From assembly GCA_963839955.1 (NCBI GenBank), contig CAWIXB010000001.1, forward strand, positions 1,154,826 through 1,218,825: 64,000 bases of DNA, read 5' to 3'. The DNA is from an uncultured Actinomycetota bacterium. Lineage in GTDB: Bacteria; Actinomycetota; Actinomycetes; JACCUZ01. Under the pieces are notes generated by a model. It saw nothing but the letters and a program-made list of their open reading frames with translations. It had not been told where the DNA came from and did not search any database. A program made the translations under genes and the position numbers. Of this stretch, positions 60,692-64,000 are shown one piece after another (within the stretch, counting starts at the first letter, position 1; each line of letters starts with the position of its first letter).

Positions 60692-62023
60692 GTGGCCACG
60701 GACGACCGGGACAGGCAGCCCTTCATCGTCGAGACGCTCGTCGCGGCGTTCTCCGACCTGATGGAGGCCGATGCGGACGCGTTCCGGGTGAAGTTCCGCA
60801 AGATGGCGGCGGACCCGTTCGCGTTCTACCGGGGCAGTGCCTGTCTGTTCTACGCCGACATGGCGGACAACGCTGCGCTCGACCAACAGTGGGTCGATGC
60901 ACAGACGAGCCGGGTGTGGATCCAGGGCGACCTGCACGCGGAGAACTTCGGCACCTACATGGACGGCGCGGGCATGCTCGTCTTCGACGTCAACGACTTC
61001 GACGAGGCCTACCTCGGCCACTACACGTGGGACCTGCGCCGATTCGTCGCGAGCATCGCGTTGATGGGGTGGCAGAAGGCCTTGCCCGACACGATGATCG
61101 CGTCGCTCAACACGACGTACCTGCGCTCCTACCTCGATCAGGTTCGCCGTTTCGCCGAGACCGACCGCGACCACGAGTGGGCGCTGTCTCTCCACACCGC
61201 GGACGGGGCGGTGCGCACGGCTCTCCTCGAGGCGCAGCTCGCGACGCGCATCGACCTGCTCGCCTCGAAGACCGTCGTGGAGGACTACGAGCGGCGTTTC
61301 CGACACGGCCCGCGGACGCGGGAGCTGAGCCGTCGTGAGCGGCGGAAGGTCAAGGAGGCCTACGCCAGCTATCTCGACACGATCCCGGAGTCGAAGCGGC
61401 TGGGCAGCATCTCCTACACCCTCAAGGACGCCGTCGCGACCTCCGGTTTCGGCATCGGCAGTGCCGGGCTGCCCGCCTACAACCTCCTCGTCGAGGGTCA
61501 CACGCAGGCGCTCGAGAACGACATCGTCCTGTCGATGAAGCAAGGCAACGTCGCGGCGCCGAGCCGGGTCGTCGACGACGAGAGAGCCACGTCGTACTTC
61601 CGGCATCACGGCCACCGGACCGCGGTCTCCCAGTCGGCGCTGCAGGCGCACGCCGACCCGTGGCTCGGCTGGACCGAGCTCGACGGCACGGGCTACGTCG
61701 TGGCAGAGGTCTCGCCGTACGACAACGACCTGGACTGGTCGTCGCTCACCGAGCCCGACGAGCTCGCGCCCGTCGTCGACCAGCTCGGCCGGGCCACGGC
61801 GAAGGTGCACTGCGTCGCCGACAAGGACGCCGACGAGGTGCCGATGGTCGACTTCCAGACCGAGGACGCGGTGCTCGCGGTGCTCGGCGAGGACAGTGAC
61901 GACTTCGTGGCCGACCTGGTCGCGTTCGCCCACGACTACGCGCACCGTGTCCGCGACGACCACCGCCTCTTCGTCGACGCGTTCCGCAGCGGCGACATCG
62001 CCGGGGTGGAAGCAATCACCTGA
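60692..62023 (+). CDS. DUF2252 domain-containing protein
   Basis: PFAFYRGSACLFYADM...QGDLHAENFGTYMD...FDVNDFDEAYLGHYTWDLRR matches DUF2252. GTG 60692 with a [13 protein letters not shown]. Confidence 0.8.
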   Translation: MATDDRDRQPFIVETLVAAFSDLMEADADAFRVKFRKMAADPFAFYRGSACLFYADMADNAALDQQWVDAQTSRVWIQGDLHAENFGTYMDGAGMLVFDVNDFDEAYLGHYTWDLRRFVASIALMGWQKALPDTMIASLNTTYLRSYLDQVRRFAETDRDHEWALSLHTADGAVRTALLEAQLATRIDLLASKTVVEDYERRFRHGPRTRELSRRERRKVKEAYASYLDTIPESKRLGSISYTLKDAVATSGFGIGSAGLPAYNLLVEGHTQALENDIVLSMKQGNVAAPSRVVDDERATSYFRHHGHRTAVSQSALQAHADPWLGWTELDGTGYVVAEVSPYDNDLDWSSLTEPDELAPVVDQLGRATAKVHCVADKDADEVPMVDFQTEDAVLAVLGEDSDDFVADLVAFAHDYAHRVRDDHRLFVDAFRSGDIAGVEAIT

Positions 62024-62052
62024 GCGCGGGCCCTCGTCGTTACGCTGCCGGT

Positions 62053-63330
62053 GTGCGCGCTGCGACCGATGACGTCCAGAGGCGCACGGTCCGCGTCCTC
62101 ATCGCGGGCCAGGTCCTCGGCGGCATCGGCGTCGGCGGCGGCATCTCCGTCGGCGGCTTGATCGCCGAGGACGTCTCCGGCTCCACCGCGCTGTCCGGGC
62201 TCGTGCAGACCGCGGGGGTGCTGGGGGCCGCAGTGGCCGCGCTGCCGATGGCGCGGGTGATGGCTGCCTACGGTCGCCGCCCCGGCCTCGTCGGCGGCCA
62301 CCTCGCGGCTCTCGCTGGGACCTTGCTCGTCATATTCGGCACCGTCGTCGAGGTGTTCCCGCTGGTGCTGCTCGGCGGCGCTCTGATGGGGTGCGGCACG
62401 GCCACGAACCTGCAGTCGCGATATGCCGCAACCGACCTCGCCGACGCCGATCACCGGGCTCGCGCCCTGGCGGTCGTCGTCGGCGCGACGACCGTCGGGA
62501 TCGTGCTCGGGCCGAACCTCACCGGCCCGGGCGGCACGCTGGCGGACTCGGTCGGGCTGCCGGTCCTGACCGGTCCGCTGCTCTTCTCGGTGGCAGCCTT
62601 CGCCCTGGCGGTCGTCGTGGTCGGCGTCGGCCTGCGGCCCGACCCGCTGCTCGAGGCACGCCGGCGCGTCGCGTTGCCCGCCGACGGTGAGCCGGCGCCT
62701 GCTACCAAGCGCGTGACGTTCGGTGAGGCACTCGCAGTGGTGCGACGCTCGCGTCCCGCGACGCTCGGCGTCACCGCGGTGGTGCTCAGCCACACGGTGA
62801 TGGTTGCGGTCATGGTGATGACACCGGTGCACATGAGCCATCACGGCGCCTCGCTGCGCGTCGTCGGCTTCGTCATCAGCGTGCACGTCGCGGGCATGTT
62901 CGCCCTCGCGCCGGTGTTCGGCTGGCTCGCTGATCGGCTCGGCAGGGTGGCCGTGGTGCTGCTGGGCCAGGCCTTGCTCGTCAGCGCGCTGATCGTGTCC
63001 GGCCTGGCGCCCGACCATCAGCACGCGGTCCTGGGCGTGGGGCTCACGCTGCTCGGGCTCGGGTGGTCGTGCGGGCTCGTGGCAGGCTCGACGCTGCTCT
63101 CCGAGTCGGTGCCGGACGCGGCCCGGCCGGCGGCCCAGGGCGTCACCGATTTCCTCATGGGCATGGCCGGGGCGACGGGAGGCGCGCTCGCCGGCGTGGT
63201 CGTGGCGCAGTCCGGGTTCGGAACGCTGACGGTGCTCTCGGGCCTGCTGGTCCTGCCCGTCCTCGTGCTCGTCATGAAATCCGGTCGCGGTGCGGTGCCC
63301 GGGAGGAGTGTGCTGACCCCATGGGGCTGA
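62053..63330 (+). CDS. MFS transporter
   Basis: 12 predicted TM helices. MFS signature-like loop (MARVMAAYGRRPG) between TM2 and TM3. Confidence 0.85.
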   Translation: MRAATDDVQRRTVRVLIAGQVLGGIGVGGGISVGGLIAEDVSGSTALSGLVQTAGVLGAAVAALPMARVMAAYGRRPGLVGGHLAALAGTLLVIFGTVVEVFPLVLLGGALMGCGTATNLQSRYAATDLADADHRARALAVVVGATTVGIVLGPNLTGPGGTLADSVGLPVLTGPLLFSVAAFALAVVVVGVGLRPDPLLEARRRVALPADGEPAPATKRVTFGEALAVVRRSRPATLGVTAVVLSHTVMVAVMVMTPVHMSHHGASLRVVGFVISVHVAGMFALAPVFGWLADRLGRVAVVLLGQALLVSALIVSGLAPDHQHAVLGVGLTLLGLGWSCGLVAGSTLLSESVPDAARPAAQGVTDFLMGMAGATGGALAGVVVAQSGFGTLTVLSGLLVLPVLVLVMKSGRGAVPGRSVLTPWG

Positions 63331-64000
63331 CCTGGCTAGACCCTGACAACCTCGCCGAGCGCGACGTCGCGGGAGCCGTCGCCCTGCTCGGCGCCGCTGA
63401 CGCCCTCGACTGGCCGCACGAGCCTCCGCGGACGGTGACCTCGTTCATCGCCGGACTGCGTTACGGCTGGGACGGCGACCCGTCGCTGGTTGCGCTCGCG
63501 ACCAACGATCGGGGCCGGGTCACCGGCGTGCTCGAGGTGTCGTTGACCACGTGGGACAACACCCATCTCGGGACGGTCCGGGTCACCGTCGACCCGGTGC
63601 TGCGCCGCCAGGGCATCGGTCGGCAGCTGTTCGGGGTGGGCGTGGACCACGTGCGGCAGGCGGGTCGCCGCCTCGTCATCGCGGAGTCGCTCGACCGCGC
63701 GGACTACACCGCGTTTGCCGCCGCCGTCGGCCTGGAGAAGGCCAGCGTGGAGGTCGTCCGCATGCAGAACCTGAACACCCTCGACCGGGAGAAGGTCGAG
63801 CGTGACCACCTCGCGGCAGGTGCGCACACCGCGGCGTACGAGCTGGTGCGCGTGGCAGGGGCGACACCGCCCGAGCTGCTCGACGACCTCGCGGTCCTGA
63901 GCCTCGCCATCAACGACGCGCCGCTGGACGACTACGACATCGAGGACGAGGTCTACTCGCCCAAGCGTCTGGTGGCATTCGACACGGCACAGATCGCGGC
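63321..64000 (+). CDS. GNAT-family acetyltransferase (3' end beyond the window)
   Basis: Open frame from ATG 63321, which overlaps the MFS stop, to the window end. VRVTVDPVLRRQGIGRQLF acetyl-CoA-binding motif. Confidence 0.65.
   Translation, partial: MGLTWLDPDNLAERDVAGAVALLGAADALDWPHEPPRTVTSFIAGLRYGWDGDPSLVALATNDRGRVTGVLEVSLTTWDNTHLGTVRVTVDPVLRRQGIGRQLFGVGVDHVRQAGRRLVIAESLDRADYTAFAAAVGLEKASVEVVRMQNLNTLDREKVERDHLAAGAHTAAYELVRVAGATPPELLDDLAVLSLAINDAPLDDYDIEDEVYSPKRLVAFDTAQIA

Overview
This 64-kb window has about 72% GC and reads as an actinobacterial chromosome, probably Nocardioidaceae- or Mycobacteriales-like. Most of it is the conserved housekeeping backbone: an MMPL transporter fragment, dxr-rseP-ispG, proS, rimP-nusA-ylxR-infB-DUF503-rbfA-truB, ribF, rpsO-pnp-pepR-dapB, thyA-folA-dapA-rnj-ftsK, and rimO-pgsA-cinA-clgR. 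Roughly 60 CDS sit on the two strands. I found no rRNA, tRNA or CRISPR. Several accessory insertions interrupt the backbone:

1. A REP13E12-like DUF222/HNH endonuclease gene lies between the ispG-linked GNAT gene and proS. It is preceded by two perfect 28-bp tandem repeats that carry a 16-bp palindrome.
2. A 3.3-kb opposite-strand gene sits in the near-universal ribF|rpsO junction. It encodes a catalytically intact patatin-like phospholipase fused to a linker and four ASH/'choice-of-anchor-D'-like beta-sandwich repeats. It has no signal peptide and no partner genes. This is my best candidate for something undescribed.
3. An approximately 8.7-kb island between dapB and thyA carries LacI, GH39, azlCD, a GNAT gene and a partial paaI/paaABCDE phenylacetate oxygenase set.
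4. A 2.8-kb plus-strand detox-like cassette (GNAT-SDR-VOC-DinB-SRPBCC) plus a dienelactone hydrolase gene splits the lhr...nei pair that is co-operonic in mycobacteria.

The noncoding parts worth a second look are a 510-bp low-GC3 region upstream of rimO with three copies of a 24-bp motif (one inverted, MITE- or sRNA-like), a 390-bp relatively AT-rich spacer between lhr and the DLH gene, and a ylxR-infB spacer with three tandem mini-ORFs.
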